A DNA stretch of 63,792 nucleotides, the filler included, from Octopus bimaculoides (taxonomy: Eukaryota): NCBI RefSeq assembly GCF_001194135.2. It is 6 parts of 5 records of this genome, joined end to end, with 100 filler letters (N's around TTAATTAATTAA, not from the genome) between each part and the next. Parts side by side here need not be neighbours in the genome. Positions count along the whole stretch, not along the records: positions 1 to 13,721 come from NC_068991.1; positions 13,822 to 32,751 come from NC_069005.1; 4 more parts are not named here. The stretch is one strand, 5' to 3'. The notes beneath the pieces were generated by a model. That model made no database searches and was not told the DNA's origin. It saw nothing but the letters and a program-made list of their open reading frames with translations. Shown piece after piece: positions 12,842-25,582 of the stretch; the first letter of the stretch is position 1; each line of letters starts with the position of its first letter. The translations under genes were made by a program, and so were the position numbers.

Positions 12842-13542
12842 GGTGTTCCGTAAATGTCCATTGATTATCGTGAAAGGTTATGTCATATAAACAAACCTAT
12901 TGGGTATTCTGGTAATCGGAACTGTTCATCTAAGCAACAGAATACTGTTCCTTCATTATTTACTGGTGAAGTAGGGCAAATTACGAACAAGTTGAAAAAC
13001 AACAGCCCTCACATATGAGTATTTTGATATACGAGGAAGGCTCTGCGCAAAATTATTCCAATGTCTTCAAAATAGCTTACAATTTGTTTCATAAGGGATT
13101 TCTTCACAATATTGCATTTTTTGCATAAAAATGTGTTTTTGTATAAAAAATAATTTTCCATTAATATATTCCGTTGTACGTCTTACATATTTCAAGCAAC
13201 ATGAAACTCACATAGTGGTAAGAAGCAGCAACAGGTGTATCAATTTTGTTTAGACACATTACGCAGTGGAAAGAGTTACTTACAGCCTAAAGCGATAAAA
13301 AAAAATAGAAGATTATTGTTATTTCATTTGTCACATTACGATCGTTTCGGTTGTTGATAATCAGTAATCAACAATTAGTGTATATTATATCAAAAATTAA
13401 CCATTTCATCAGGTGGCATGTATTTCAACATGCCATTGGATGAAGTGATTGATTACCGATATGTTATACGTACTAATTATGAATTACTGATTAATTACTA
13501 ACGAAACAATCGTATTGAAATAGTTGAAGAACTTACAGTCTG

Positions 13543-13582
<40 letters not shown>

Positions 13583-13603
13583 CCCATCCATCCATCCATC
13601 TAC

Positions 13604-13637
<34 letters not shown>

Positions 13638-14057
13638 GTCTGTCTATCTACTTATCTATCTAACTCTCTCTATATATGTATATATACATATACATATATA
13701 TACATACATATGTATATATGTNNNNNNNNNNNNNNNNNNNNNNNNNNNNNNNNNNNNNNNNNNNNTTAATTAATTAANNNNNNNNNNNNNNNNNNNNNNN
13801 NNNNNNNNNNNNNNNNNNNNNATATATATATATATATATATATATATACGTACGCACACTGACACACGTTCACGTGCGCACACACACACATGAACACACT
13901 TGAAAATATAAAAATGACTTACCACAAAACTCTAGGCTCATGAGACATTCCTGGAGCAAACTAGGAAAAGATTTTGTCTGCATGCTCTATGTATTGAGTC
14001 CTTTTTCTCCCACATTTCAACAAAAAGTGCTGTTATACATACATACATGCATAAAAA

Positions 14058-14212
14058 CAGCCGTGTGGTAAGAAGCTAGCTTCCCGACTACATGGTTCCG
14101 GGTTCAGTCCCACTGCATGGCACCTTGGGCAGGTGTCTTCTACTATAGCCTCGGGCCTACCAAAGCCTTATGAGTGGATTTGGTAGACGGAAACTGAAAG
14201 AGGCCCGTCGTG

Positions 14213-14215
<3 letters not shown>
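14058..14215 (+). mobile_element. SINE head and core (CORE-like family)
   Basis: CCGTGTGGTAAGAAGC...GGTTCAGTCCCACTG.ATGGCACCTTGGGCAGGTGTCTTCTACTATAGCCTCGGG...GGAAACTGAAAGA.GCCCGTCG followed by a microsatellite. Confidence 0.9.
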
Positions 14216-14244
<29 letters not shown>

Positions 14245-14633
14245 TATATATATATAAGGGTAAAGGTACACACACGCATACAGTCACACACACAGATACA
14301 CACACACACACACACACATAAGCGTAATAGCATCGGAATTTGACTATTAAACATATATATCAATAAGGTGTTTATTTCTGCGTGTGTCGAAGTTGTATGG
14401 TGTCTTTGTATGTAATTTATATTTTATGATTAATGCATGCCTTATTAAACTCTTGTTTTTGTGTGGAGATCCGTTATATTGGTCATACATATATGACACT
14501 GCCTCGCCAACCCCCTATGCACTTATAACAAACAGCAATTGCGATGTAATGCAACAAAATACAAGGAAAACGGATGGGGAAAAAAAACTTTAGTGAACAA
14601 CACGTCTAGTCAAGAAGATTGCTCGCAAAAAAT

Positions 14634-14721
14634 AGATGATTAATGATAGAGTAACAGATGACTAATGATGGAGCAACAGGTGATTAATGGTGGAGCAACT
14701 GGTGACTAGTGATGGGACAAC
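14634..14721. repeat. 22-bp minisatellite x4
   Basis: Units AGATGATTAATGATAGAGTAAC, AGATGACTAATGATGGAGCAAC, AGGTGATTAATGGTGGAGCAAC, TGGTGACTAGTGATGGGACAAC. Confidence 0.9.
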
Positions 14722-15284
14722 ACTTATGAAATATCACAATGCTAAAATAAACCAACAACATACATTTTAGAAGCAAGATTAAACACCCGACGGTAAAAGA
14801 CTCATGTGCCTGTGTATATGTCTGTGTGCGCATGCTATGCATGTGTATATGTATGTGGGTGTGTATATACATATATGTGTATATGTATATAAAGATATGT
14901 GCATTTGATTGAATATATGAGTACATATATCTATCTAGCTATATATATATATACACACACACATATATATATATATGCCTTTGTAAAATATGGTTGTAAA
15001 ATTGCGAATAAGCCACACATATTATTCATGTATACATACATACATACATATATCCATGTGGTATATACTTGAAAATATATATATATATACATATAAATCT
15101 ATATGCACATGGTGTACGCGTATGTATGTATAAGCATATATGTCTACATGTATGTATTACAAATACACGCGTATACGTGTCTACATATGCACATGAATAT
15201 TATCTACATACACGTATGTGTGTGTATGTATGAATGTATACGCATGAGCATATATATATATATATATATTTGTAAAAATATATA

Positions 15285-16065
15285 TGCGTATGTACATATA
15301 TATATATATACATATTTATTATATACATTTATATATATATACATATTTATTATATACATATATATATATATACATATTTATTATATACATATATATATAT
15401 ATACATATTTATTATATACATATATATATATATACATATTTATTATATACATATATATATATATATACATATTTATTATATACATATATATATATACATA
15501 TTTATTATATACATTTATATATATATACATATTTATTATATACATATATATATACATATTTATTATATACATATATATATACATATTTATTATATACATA
15601 TATATATACATATTTATTATATACATATATATATATTTATTATATACATATTTATTATATACATATATATATATATTTATTATATACATATATATATATA
15701 TTTATTATATACATATATATATATATATTTATTATATACATATATATATATATTTATTATATATATATATATATATATTTATTATATACATATATATATA
15801 TTTATTATATACATATATATATTTATTATATACATATATATATTTATTATATACATATATATATATTTATTATATACATATATATATATACATATTTATC
15901 ATATACATATATATATATTTATTATATACATATATATATATACATATTTATCATATACATACATATATATATACATATATATATACATATTTATCATATA
16001 CATACATATATATATATATATACATATATACATATTTATCATATACATACATACATATATATATA
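15285..16065. repeat. AT-rich variable-length minisatellite, unit approx. (TA)nCATATTTATTATATACA
   Basis: Directly visible, more than 20 units. It produces the spurious 337-aa and 260-aa Y/I/H ORFs. Confidence 0.95.
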
Positions 16066-16186
16066 ATGTCTGTACATATGTGTATATATAAAGTTGAATT
16101 TTCTTGTAAAGTATAATTTTAAGTATCCTTCACAATATATGGTCTGTATTAAGAAGCGCTCATTGCGAGCTAAATCGAAGGATTTG

Positions 16187-16324
16187 GGAAATTCTAGAAG
16201 GAACAAATCCAGGCAATCAATACAAATTCCAAATCATAATTTTAAACACTCAACCAAATAAATATTAAAATTATGATTTGGAATTTCTACTGTTTGCATA
16301 GATTTGTTCCTTCTAAAATTTTCC
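16187..16324. repeat. 138-bp inverted repeat (foldback)
   Basis: Perfect 22-bp inner arms at 16224-16245 and 16265-16286, a 19-nt loop, and perfect 15-bp outer arms TAGAAGGAACAAATC/GATTTGTTCCTTCTA. Confidence 0.9.
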
Positions 16325-18236
16325 TTATTTATGCATGCATATATATATAATGTACNNNNNNNNNNNNNNNNNNNNNNNNNNNNNNNNNNNNNNNNNNNNN
16401 NNNNNNNNNNNNNNNNNNNNNNNNNNNNNNNNNNNNNNNNNNNNNNNNNNNATATATATATATATACATATATACACAAACACATATACATACACAGAAA
16501 CATACACACACATAAATACATATATATAATATATATGTATATATATTATATTTATATGAGCAATGTGTATATGCATATATATATAATGTACTTATATCTA
16601 CAGTTATACCACTGTATATGTGTGGGAGAAGAGAGAGAGAGTGTGTGCGTGTGTGCGACTGTGTTGTTTTATACATGACTCAATCACAGACCTCTTTTCG
16701 TACAGTAGAATGCTGCAGGAGTGATTCCAAAACTTGAGTTTCAGCCAAAATATTTATCAAACTGAAAAAGGAAACGCAAATACACACTCACACACACACA
16801 CACACACACGCATACATTTGTACAGTGATATATTATGAACGCAGATAAACACACAGTTGCACATAAACATGCGCATATACACACACACCTTTAAGTAGTC
16901 CCCGTTCAATAAGACCGCTAGATTCTACAGTGGGACATTGCAATGCACTGAATATCCAAGGAAATTCAACAACACACCGAAGACAACAACAACTACTCCA
17001 CTGGCTCATCAAAGAAAACTCTTGTACGGTATATCCCACCACAGATCATCAACCTAAAAACTTTTTTTCCATAGAACTTCCTCCTACACATACTCACCAG
17101 TAAACCCCACATGAATGGACACACGGTCACCAATTATTCAACTCGAACTTCATAAAGATAAGTTTAATTGAAGAAGCTCAATGAAAAAGGTGTCTGGCAT
17201 CGGGAGGAGCCATAACTCATGTATTCTACGATAACACCACCAGCGAAGAATTGCGAAGTTACATGCGACCGTCGTAGTGTGGCGGGATCCCTCTTCAAAG
17301 TTAAATGCCTCGAAAGAAGAACAGAATATTGCGCATATGTGTCCTCCAACAACTGGTGATGTGAGACTATGAAAAGTTGTATTCTAAAGTCCCTTGCAGC
17401 AAAAACCTCAGCTCATTCACCTCTAGCGTCTAGAAAAACTCACAGTCCTATCCAAACTCATTTCAATAACAGATGATGACGAAATCAGCAATGCATCCCA
17501 TGGACAATCATATCGACACAGATTCAAAGTCTACGACTTCCGACTCATTAGAAACTCAACCTTATCCCTCACTCAGCCCCAGAGTCCGAGACGAAACGTT
17601 CGATCTCAGCTTACCGCCATGTATCAAACTTTCTGCTCATCCCTGGTGACTAGACGAAAACAATGAATGTTACCACACACACACACACACGGACAAACAC
17701 GTGTCCAACCACTTGTGAATCCACGCCACCGGTCACACAACCAACCACGAGATTAACTCTAAAGCAGAACTGCGTATTGTTACCCGTCGAAAAGAATGCC
17801 ATCGACAAAACTAATCACATGACCAAGCAAAAAAGCATCCAGTCCCGTGAAATACAACGGCTACGGTTCTGTTATTTCAGACCCACGAAGGTGTACAGTC
17901 GATTAACGCTGACCGCACGAAACCATTAGATACGAGGGAATAATCGGTGTAGCAACTCATATATAAACGTAACCACACACACACACACATACGCACACAT
18001 ACATGAACACATACGTATGTATGCGTGTACGTGCGCCTGTGTGGTTATCTGTATGATGCTCGCATATGTGTCGACAAATAACTCGACTACATGTACATAC
18101 ATACATATGTGTATATGTATATATGTATATATATATATATAGGGTATGCACACACGTATGCATAAAAATGTATGTATATATGCATATTCGTGTCTCAATA
18201 TCTATATATGTATGTTAAGATGTGTGTGCGTGTATG

Positions 18237-18275
<39 letters not shown>

Positions 18276-18278
<3 letters not shown>

Positions 18279-18457
18279 GAGAGAGAGAAAGAGATAGATA
18301 GATAGAGAGAGAGAGAGAGAAAGAGATAGATAGAGAGAGAGAGAGAGAAAGAGATAGATAGATAGAGAGAGAGAGAGAGAAAGAGATAGATAGATAGAGA
18401 GAGAGAGAGAGAAAGAGATAGATAGATAGATAGAGAGAGAGAAAGAAAGAGATAGAT

Positions 18458-18492
<35 letters not shown>
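18276..18492. repeat. compound (GA)n/(GATA)n repeat with about 24-30-bp higher-order unit
   Basis: Directly visible. Confidence 0.95.
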
Positions 18493-18495
<3 letters not shown>

Positions 18496-19116
18496 TTATG
18501 TACATTATCTGCCTATTGCATGCGCACGTGCTGTGTACACACATGCCCAGCCACATCAGTTGTACATGATGCTACGCCATGTCCAGCATCACTCTTCAAG
18601 CTCCCTATTGTATTAGAAACGTGCCAGAAACAAACATTCCCCTCTTGCAGGAGACAATTGTTGACGTTGACTGATCCCTAGGGATGAGCTAGACCCTCTT
18701 TTCTCACATATTATGGAGTCCCCTAATCCAGCTGAGACGAGAGATAATTACATAAATGACCGAACAAAAGACACTTTATATCTGCATCTAATCTAACTGA
18801 CAAGGGGGGGGGGGCAGAGAGAGAGATGGGGGGAGATGGAGAGAGAGAGAGAAAGAGAGTTGTGTAGACGGATAGATAAATGGATATGTTGTGAAATAGA
18901 CTGATGAGGATAAGTAAAGGATGTAGATAGATTTTTAAAGAAGTAACCATACTGATGTAGATAGCCAGACAGACAAACAGACAGATAGATAGATGGATAG
19001 ACAGACAGAGAGATAGACAGACAGACAGATAGATACATACATAGAGAGATAGATAGATAGGAAAATCCCTATTCTTGCTAGCCCCATTCACTCTATCTCT
19101 CGATCTCTCTTTAGAG

Positions 19117-19152
<36 letters not shown>

Positions 19153-19368
19153 TCTCACGCTTTCTTCTTTTCTATCTCCTTTCTCCACTCCCACCAACTC
19201 TCACTTCTTTCCCACCAACTCTATTTATTTCTATCTTCCTTATCCTATCTCTCTCTCTCTCCACTCCCCTCCTCTCCTCCCCGTCCTTCTCCATCCCTTA
19301 TATCATAATCGATACAAAACTCGATAAATACATATGTGTGTTCGTGGGTGTGTTGATATTTATGTGTG

Positions 19369-19420
<52 letters not shown>

Positions 19421-20919
19421 NNNNNNNNNNNNNNNNNNNNNNNNNNNNNNNNNNNNNNNNNNNNNNNNNNNNNNNNNNNNNNNNNNNNNNNNNNNNNNNN
19501 NNNNNNNNNNNNNNNNNNNNNNNNNNNNNNNNNNNNNNNNNNNNNNNNNNNNNNNNNNNNNNNNNNNNNNNNNNNNNNNNNNNNNNNNNNNNNNNNNNNN
19601 NNNNNNNNNNNNNNNNNNNNNNNNNNNNNNNNNNNNNNNNNNNNNNNNNNNNNNNNNNNNNNNNNNNNNNNNNNNNNNNNNNNNNNNNNNNNNNNNNNNN
19701 NNNNNNNNNNNNNNNNNNNNNNNNNNNNNNNNNNNNNNNNNNNNNNNNNNNNNNNNNNNNNNNNNNNNNNNNNNNNNNNNNNNNNNNNNNNNNNNNNNNN
19801 NNNNNNNNNNNNNNNNNNNNNNNNNNNNNNNNNNNNNNNNNNNNNNNNNNNNNNNNNNNNNNNNNNNNNNNNNNNNNNNNNNNNNNNNNNNNNNNNNNNN
19901 NNNNNNNNNNNNNNNNNNNNNNNNNNNNNNNNNNNNNNNNAGCCCCTATACCTATTGGTTCAGCTGAATCAATTCGAAATGATTTAATAAAGAGAACACA
20001 TTTAGTTACATTATATGGCCATGGTTTTAGATAGTTACGTTCTCGAAGACAAGTCAGGTGCTTTATCATGCTACTTGTGAATTCCTGGAAAATTATTGAT
20101 ACTCAAGCAGACTGTTCTGAGACTTACTGAACTCCGTATATTAAAAGACTACGTCTAACGCACACACATTGAAAATACACGCATATACATGAATACACAC
20201 ACAATGAAAATCAGCGAAAATTCAACATTGTAAAAAGTCCCCCCCCACAAAAAAAAACTGTTGTGGCAGAAGTCAACATCTCTGAGATTGAAACAATACA
20301 TTTACGGCCGTAAATACACTACAACCGGCAGCACAGAAAAGAAAACCTATGTAGGTTAGGTGTGACGAAGAAGTCGAACCATTTCTCCTGCCAAACAATA
20401 CTGATGCAAGAAGGTCGAACCTTACCTTTATAAGTAAGGTGCCATCCAAACTGAAACTTTAAACACATAAACACACTATACGATAATGTAATCAGTATGC
20501 GTGCGCGCAACAACCCGAAGTTGTTGCGTACTTGCACCGAAAGATCGCCTGGTCAACTATTGTACTGATGATTTTGTTATAAAGCAGTCTATAATATCGT
20601 TGGGGCTCAATTTTTGGATCACTGAATTCCGATTCCTGCATCGACTCCATATTTTTCCCCTAACATATCATAAAAGACTGAAAAATTATCAAGTTTTGAA
20701 AAAGGCTACTTTTAGATAAGAACACACGTAAATTGTCTGAGTAAATTTTAAGTCAGTTTCAACAAAACGGAAAAAATAACGTTAGTCAAATTAATTTAAG
20801 ATTAATTAGCTATTTCTGAAATAAGAAATATAATATAGATAGTATTTTTTTTTTCAGAACACTTCAAAAATATAATAATGCAAACAGATGCTTTGGATAA
20901 AAACAAAATTCAAACTTAC

Positions 20920-20938
20920 CGCCAGGTTGTTCCACCAT
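20920..20938 (-). other. candidate first coding exon (MVEQPG, phase 1)
   Basis: CCAAAATGG start context and a perfect donor G|GTAAGT. No downstream exon could be confirmed. Confidence 0.25.
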
Positions 20939-21205
20939 TTTGGCTGGCTAACTCAGGAATTCTGGGATTGCTCTGGTTCGGGTCAAAAAGTGAAACGAGT
21001 CTGGTAAGAATTGTACACAAAGAGAGAGAGGGGAGGGGGTGTCACGTGGTCTTTTCGAAGCAGACGAACGAGTCTCTGAGAGAGAGGGAAGGGGAGGCAG
21101 AATACACCTGGACGCAGTTTCTTTGAAAAAAATAAATATTTTATCGAATTTTCTGATGATATCGATAAGAAATCACGAAAGACAATCTTGTGTTTTAAAT
21201 AAAAG

Positions 21206-21233
21206 ATGGACACGTTGGAAAGCGTAATCCAGG
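21206..21233 (+). other. candidate first coding exon (MDTLESVIQ, phase 1)
   Basis: AAAGATGG start context and donor CAGG|GTAAGC. No downstream exon could be confirmed. Confidence 0.2.
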
Positions 21234-21354
21234 GTAAGCTGTCTGAAAGTACGATTGGACAGTCACGGCTGAAATGCCCATGACTACTGGTCTACTGGTT
21301 CGGTGTTGAATTGGGATTGTACGATAACAACACCCTCACATATCATTTTCGAGT

Positions 21355-22100
21355 CTGCTAATATAAATATTTTCATTTCTTCTAAGCAGGATACAAAATT
21401 GTCCAAAACATTACCCCGACTAAGCCAATGGACATTACTGTGTAGTGGGAGGTCTGCATATTCGCTGTCCAATTCTTGCAGAAGGGACTTAAATTATCTG
21501 TGAGTCAGTGAAGAACAAGAAACTATGAAGTTAACTATTTTCACAACAGTCTCCATCACAGAACTCAAGTTTTGTGACGAAATTTTCGCAACTAAATTTT
21601 CCTGATGTATAATGCAATTAAAACTCATTACATTGCAATTAAAACTCATTACAATACAATTAAAACTCATTACTTTGCGTTCAATATGATTTTCAAGAAG
21701 CTTAACAACATTTTTCTTTTATTGTTATTTTTTTCAACTTATGTCAGTCATACGTGTCTCAGTTGATCTTGCAGAAGCTGGTATTTCTTAAATTCGCGAC
21801 AGTATTGTTTCAGCGTTTGGGAAATCACTGAACAAAATTTTAGCACTTCTCAGAAAAGTAGTTTTGATAAATTCTCCATCTGTAAAAGGTTTATCTTTCT
21901 CAGCTATACGTTGAGCAATTGTGTAACTACATTCGTTGGCTTTATTTTGGGTTCCAAGCATTTGAACAAAAACGGAATTGCTTTTTTGGTAACTAGAAAT
22001 AACCCAATTTAGGGCTTCCCTTTTCTCATCAGGGTTTTTAGATGTCGTCTGGTGTCTCAGTTTGACAGCGTCTTTGTACGCTTGATGTACGACATACAAC
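21355..22100 (-). pseudogene. hAT transposase relic, Charlie/Buster/SPIN (GTF2IRD2-like) type, internally deleted
   Basis: Motifs ECSYTIAQRIAEKDKPFTDGEFIK, CIIHQENLVAK, VMETVVKIVNFI and ELDSEYADLPLHSNVHWLSRGNVLDNF. These match hAT ASY..IA...KPF.DGEFIK, CxxHQE and HTEVRWLSRG. Contains in-frame stops. Confidence 0.9.
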
Positions 22101-22238
22101 AGATCCACGGCAGAATGCACACACAGCACGATCATTTTGCTGTACAAATCCATACTCAGTGCTCCAGAAATCTTGAAATGGGAGAACGTCAAGGTTTTGT
22201 CTTTTGTTATTGATCTCTGGGCACTATTGATAATTAAT

Positions 22239-22323
22239 ATTCTTTTCTCTCTAGACACGACCCGAAATTGTGGGGAGGGAGCCAGTCGATAAGATCGACC
22301 CCAGTACGCAACTGGTACTTAAT
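22239..22323 (-). mobile_element. SINE 3' half (Meta-like family)
   Basis: Matches 25323-25410. Confidence 0.8.
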
Positions 22324-22324
22324 C

Positions 22325-22756
22325 TAATGCTGATTATCTAAGTAATGATACTGCCCAAGTATTTACAGCCTTCACTAGATTTGGACCATTTCGCTTGGAC
22401 TTCATTAGTTTCTTCACCCTTCTGATGTACTCCTTCTCAATTTTCGCTTCCATTTCTGTAGTTAGTACTCTGTCAGATTCTAATACTCCTAGATGCTTAT
22501 AACTCTCTCCTCCTTTCAAAGATTTTCATATCTGGCCATCTGGTAATTGGATGCCTTCGCTGTTGACTACCTGTCCCCTTCTCATGACTAATATTACACA
22601 CTTATCTATGCCAAATCCCATGCCTGTACCTTTGCTAAAGAGTCTTACCGACTGCATTAAGGAATTTCTTTTTCATTCTTACTAAAAAGCTTCAGATCAT
22701 CCACATAGAGCAACTGGCTAATCTTTCCATTACTATTTCTGAACTGATTGCCTGCA
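22325..22756 (-). pseudogene. non-LTR retrotransposon RT fragment, R4/Dong-like (REL endonuclease clade)
   Basis: KISQLLYVDDLKLFSKNEKE...GMGFGIDKC...ESYKHLGVLESD...KEYIRRVKKLMKSKRNGPNLVKAVNTWAVSLLR, frameshifted. Confidence 0.85.
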
Positions 22757-22765
22757 TTTATTATT

Positions 22766-22988
22766 AAGGTGGCGAGCTGGCAGAATCGTTAGCACACCGG
22801 GTGAAATGCTTTGCGGCATTTCGTCTATTTTCATGTTCTGAGTTCAAATTCCACCGAGGTCGACTTTGCCTTTCATCCTTTCGGGGTCGATAAAATTAGT
22901 ACCAGTTACGTACTGGTGTAAATCTAATCGACTTAATCCTCTCCCCCAAATTTGAGACCTTGTGCTTCCTGTGGAAAGGATTATTATT
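22766..22988 (+). mobile_element. full-length tRNA-derived SINE (Meta-like family)
   Basis: AAGGTGGCGAGCTGGCAGAATCGTTAGCAC...GAGTTCAAATTCC...GCCTTTCATCCTTTCGGGGTCGATAAA with a (TTA)n end. Confidence 0.92.
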
Positions 22989-24074
22989 ACTGTTGATGCA
23001 GTTATTGTTGTTTTTGTCGTTGTCATAGATGCTGCCATTGTTGTTGTCGTTCTTGCTGTTGTAGTGTCGTGTATAGTGGTAATGGTGAAATGATGTAGGG
23101 GTCAATATGTTTTGTGTCAAGGTCAAAACATGGATAAACATTTCCTAATTTAAAAATAAAATAATAATAAATCCTTTCTAGAACCGGCAATCCTGTTTCA
23201 AGCCCTAGTTCAACTTTTTTAAATTCTCTGGTCAATCCAGATTTGGTCTAAGGGACCAAATCATTCCTCTTCCCGATATTTTAAACCCTGTTCTTGCTTT
23301 TACTCAAATGAAACCTTTCTGTGATGATCAGATTCAGTCCCACCCCACGGATTCATAATATCCGATCGATTATATTTTTCTCCCAAAATGTACCACTCTG
23401 GGCCAATGGTAGAGACAGGGAGATCCAAAAATTCTATGTTGTGTTTAATACCAACATTTTGATCCCGAGTTCAAATCCCACCATAAGTGACTTTATGTTT
23501 TATCTTTCTTCCAGGATTTCATAAAATTCTATATCAGTCAAATACTAGGGGCCCCTATAATTGTTTGGTCCCTATCCTAAACCCTGTGATCCTTTGCCTA
23601 AGTTAGAAATCCTTCTTTCTACAGTAATGAATGGACATATCTAATTACAGTAATTATTGACATATAGGTTAATGAATAAATTAATAAATTACGTAGTTGT
23701 TATTTTTTTTTTTTTTCCTAGTGAAAAATATTAAAATTTTCAAGAAAAACACAAACATCCTCCTCTTGACCTCATTTTCTTAAATGTTTTCGTTTGTTTA
23801 GCTTTTAATTACTCTTGACTGACAATCCATTACGTCGTAGTCGTCTGCTTTCGAAACCCTACCTTCCAACCCGGATCTAACAGCAATAACATCATTGTGT
23901 TGACCTCAACCTATTGTTATGACTTGGAGGACACTTCGGTCTTGTTCCTTTCTGTTGTTGTTTAGCCCCGGGTCAACTCTGATCAGGCAAATTTATGATC
24001 AAAGACGTTCTGGAATCATATTTTTGAAGATTTACCCAGAAATACATTAACAATTGTATTTCTCTATAAAAATA

Positions 24075-24306
24075 CAGTAACCCCTCGAATATCGCGGGTG
24101 TTACGTTCCAACCACACAACCCCACCCGCGATTGGTGAAAATCTGCGAAGTAGAAACAGTACTGTACTGTATATTTTTTTAAAATTACTTTTATAACTTG
24201 TATATATTTATTTTATTATAAATGCAAAACAACACCACGGAGGAATCGACGTAAAGTGGAAAAATAAACCGCGATAGGTGGACCGCGATAGGGCGAGGGA
24301 TTACTG
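24075..24306. mobile_element. pogo/Tigger-type MITE
   Basis: TA TSD on both sides. Imperfect TIRs of about 23 bp: CAGTAACCCCTCGAATATCGCGG and CCGCGATAGGGCGAGGGATTACTG. Confidence 0.9.
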
Positions 24307-24463
24307 TATATCGCTCACGCTGTGTGTGTTTGTCGGTGTATGTGCATGTGTGTAAGGAATTTCATTAGGACGACAAAGTAGATTTTTAAAATAATTAAAA
24401 GATAATCTAATGGCATATTTTCTGTTTGTAAATATACACACACATACCCCCACACACATACCT

Positions 24464-24512
<49 letters not shown>

Positions 24513-25322
24513 GACTCGCTTGGTGCGAGGTGGACAGTAAAAATTTAGGTTACAAATTTTTGGTTGTTGCTTATATCCCAGCAATGGACCACCGCATCAT
24601 CATTCCATAAAATGTGTTTATGAGGAGAAAAATATTGATAAACATCAATACATGTCAGAGTGACAAAGAAACGATTTAAGTACCAGCTGGTCGTGAGATG
24701 TGCTAGAAACAACAGCTACATTTCTCTTAAATCATCTATATTCTTGGTCTGAAAATTATTCTGAAATTATAAACAGAAACGAATTGCAGATTCGGATTGT
24801 CCGTATTTCGAAACTATGATAAAGAAAAAGTTCGCAAGTCGAAATTATAGGATTCATAGAAGAGCGAGGTTAATGAAAAAATTTTTAAAGTCCTCACTAT
24901 TGTTTCCTATTCTGTTTGAAAATAAAGGAAGTGTGAATTGTAATGGTGTTTGTTTGTCGATTGCCAAGAATATTTTTTTTTTTAACTTTTAAGGCTCCCC
25001 CCATCGTTTTGAAGTGCATAAAATAAAATTTTTAAAAACTGTCAAAAATCGGTACTAAGNNNNNNNNNNNNNNNNNNNNNNNNNNNNNNNNNNNNNNNNN
25101 NNNNNNNNNNNNNNNNNNNNNNNNNNNNNNNNNNNNNNNNNNNNNNNNNNNNNNNNNNNNNNNNNNNNNNNNNNNNNNNNNNNNNNNNNNNNNNNNNNNN
25201 NNNNNNNNNNNNNNNNNNNNNNNNNNNNNNNNNNNNNNNNNNNNNNNNNNNNNNNNNNNNNNNNNNNNNNNNNNNNNNNNNNNNNNNNNNNNNNNNNNNN
25301 NNNNNNNNNNNATATATGCAGA

Positions 25323-25541
25323 CATTCTTTTCTACTCTAGGCACAAGGCCCGAAATTTTGAGGGAGGGGGCCAGTCGATTAGATCAACCCTAGTACGCAA
25401 CTGGTACTTAATTTACCGACCCCGAAAGGATGAAAGGCAAAGTCGACCTCAGTGGAATTTGAACTCAGATCGTAAAGGAAGACGAAATACCGCTAAGCAT
25501 TTCGCCCGGCGTGCTAACGATTCTGCCAGCTCGCCCCCTTA
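25323..25541 (-). mobile_element. full-length SINE (Meta-like family)
   Basis: Head, core and tail as in 22766-22988. Confidence 0.92.
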
Positions 25542-25582
25542 TATATGCAGACATATTGTTTATGAAACTTGCCTATATACTA

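Noticed and set aside
13766-13777. TTAATTAATTAA islands inside N runs (also 32796-32807, 54218-54229, 61364-61375, 62680-62691)
   Set aside because: Each is centred in an identical 44N+12+44N = 100-bp block and places stops in all six frames. This is an artificial scaffold linker, not biology.
15103-16116. 337-aa and 260-aa Y/I/H-rich ORFs
   Set aside because: They are translations of an AT-rich minisatellite.
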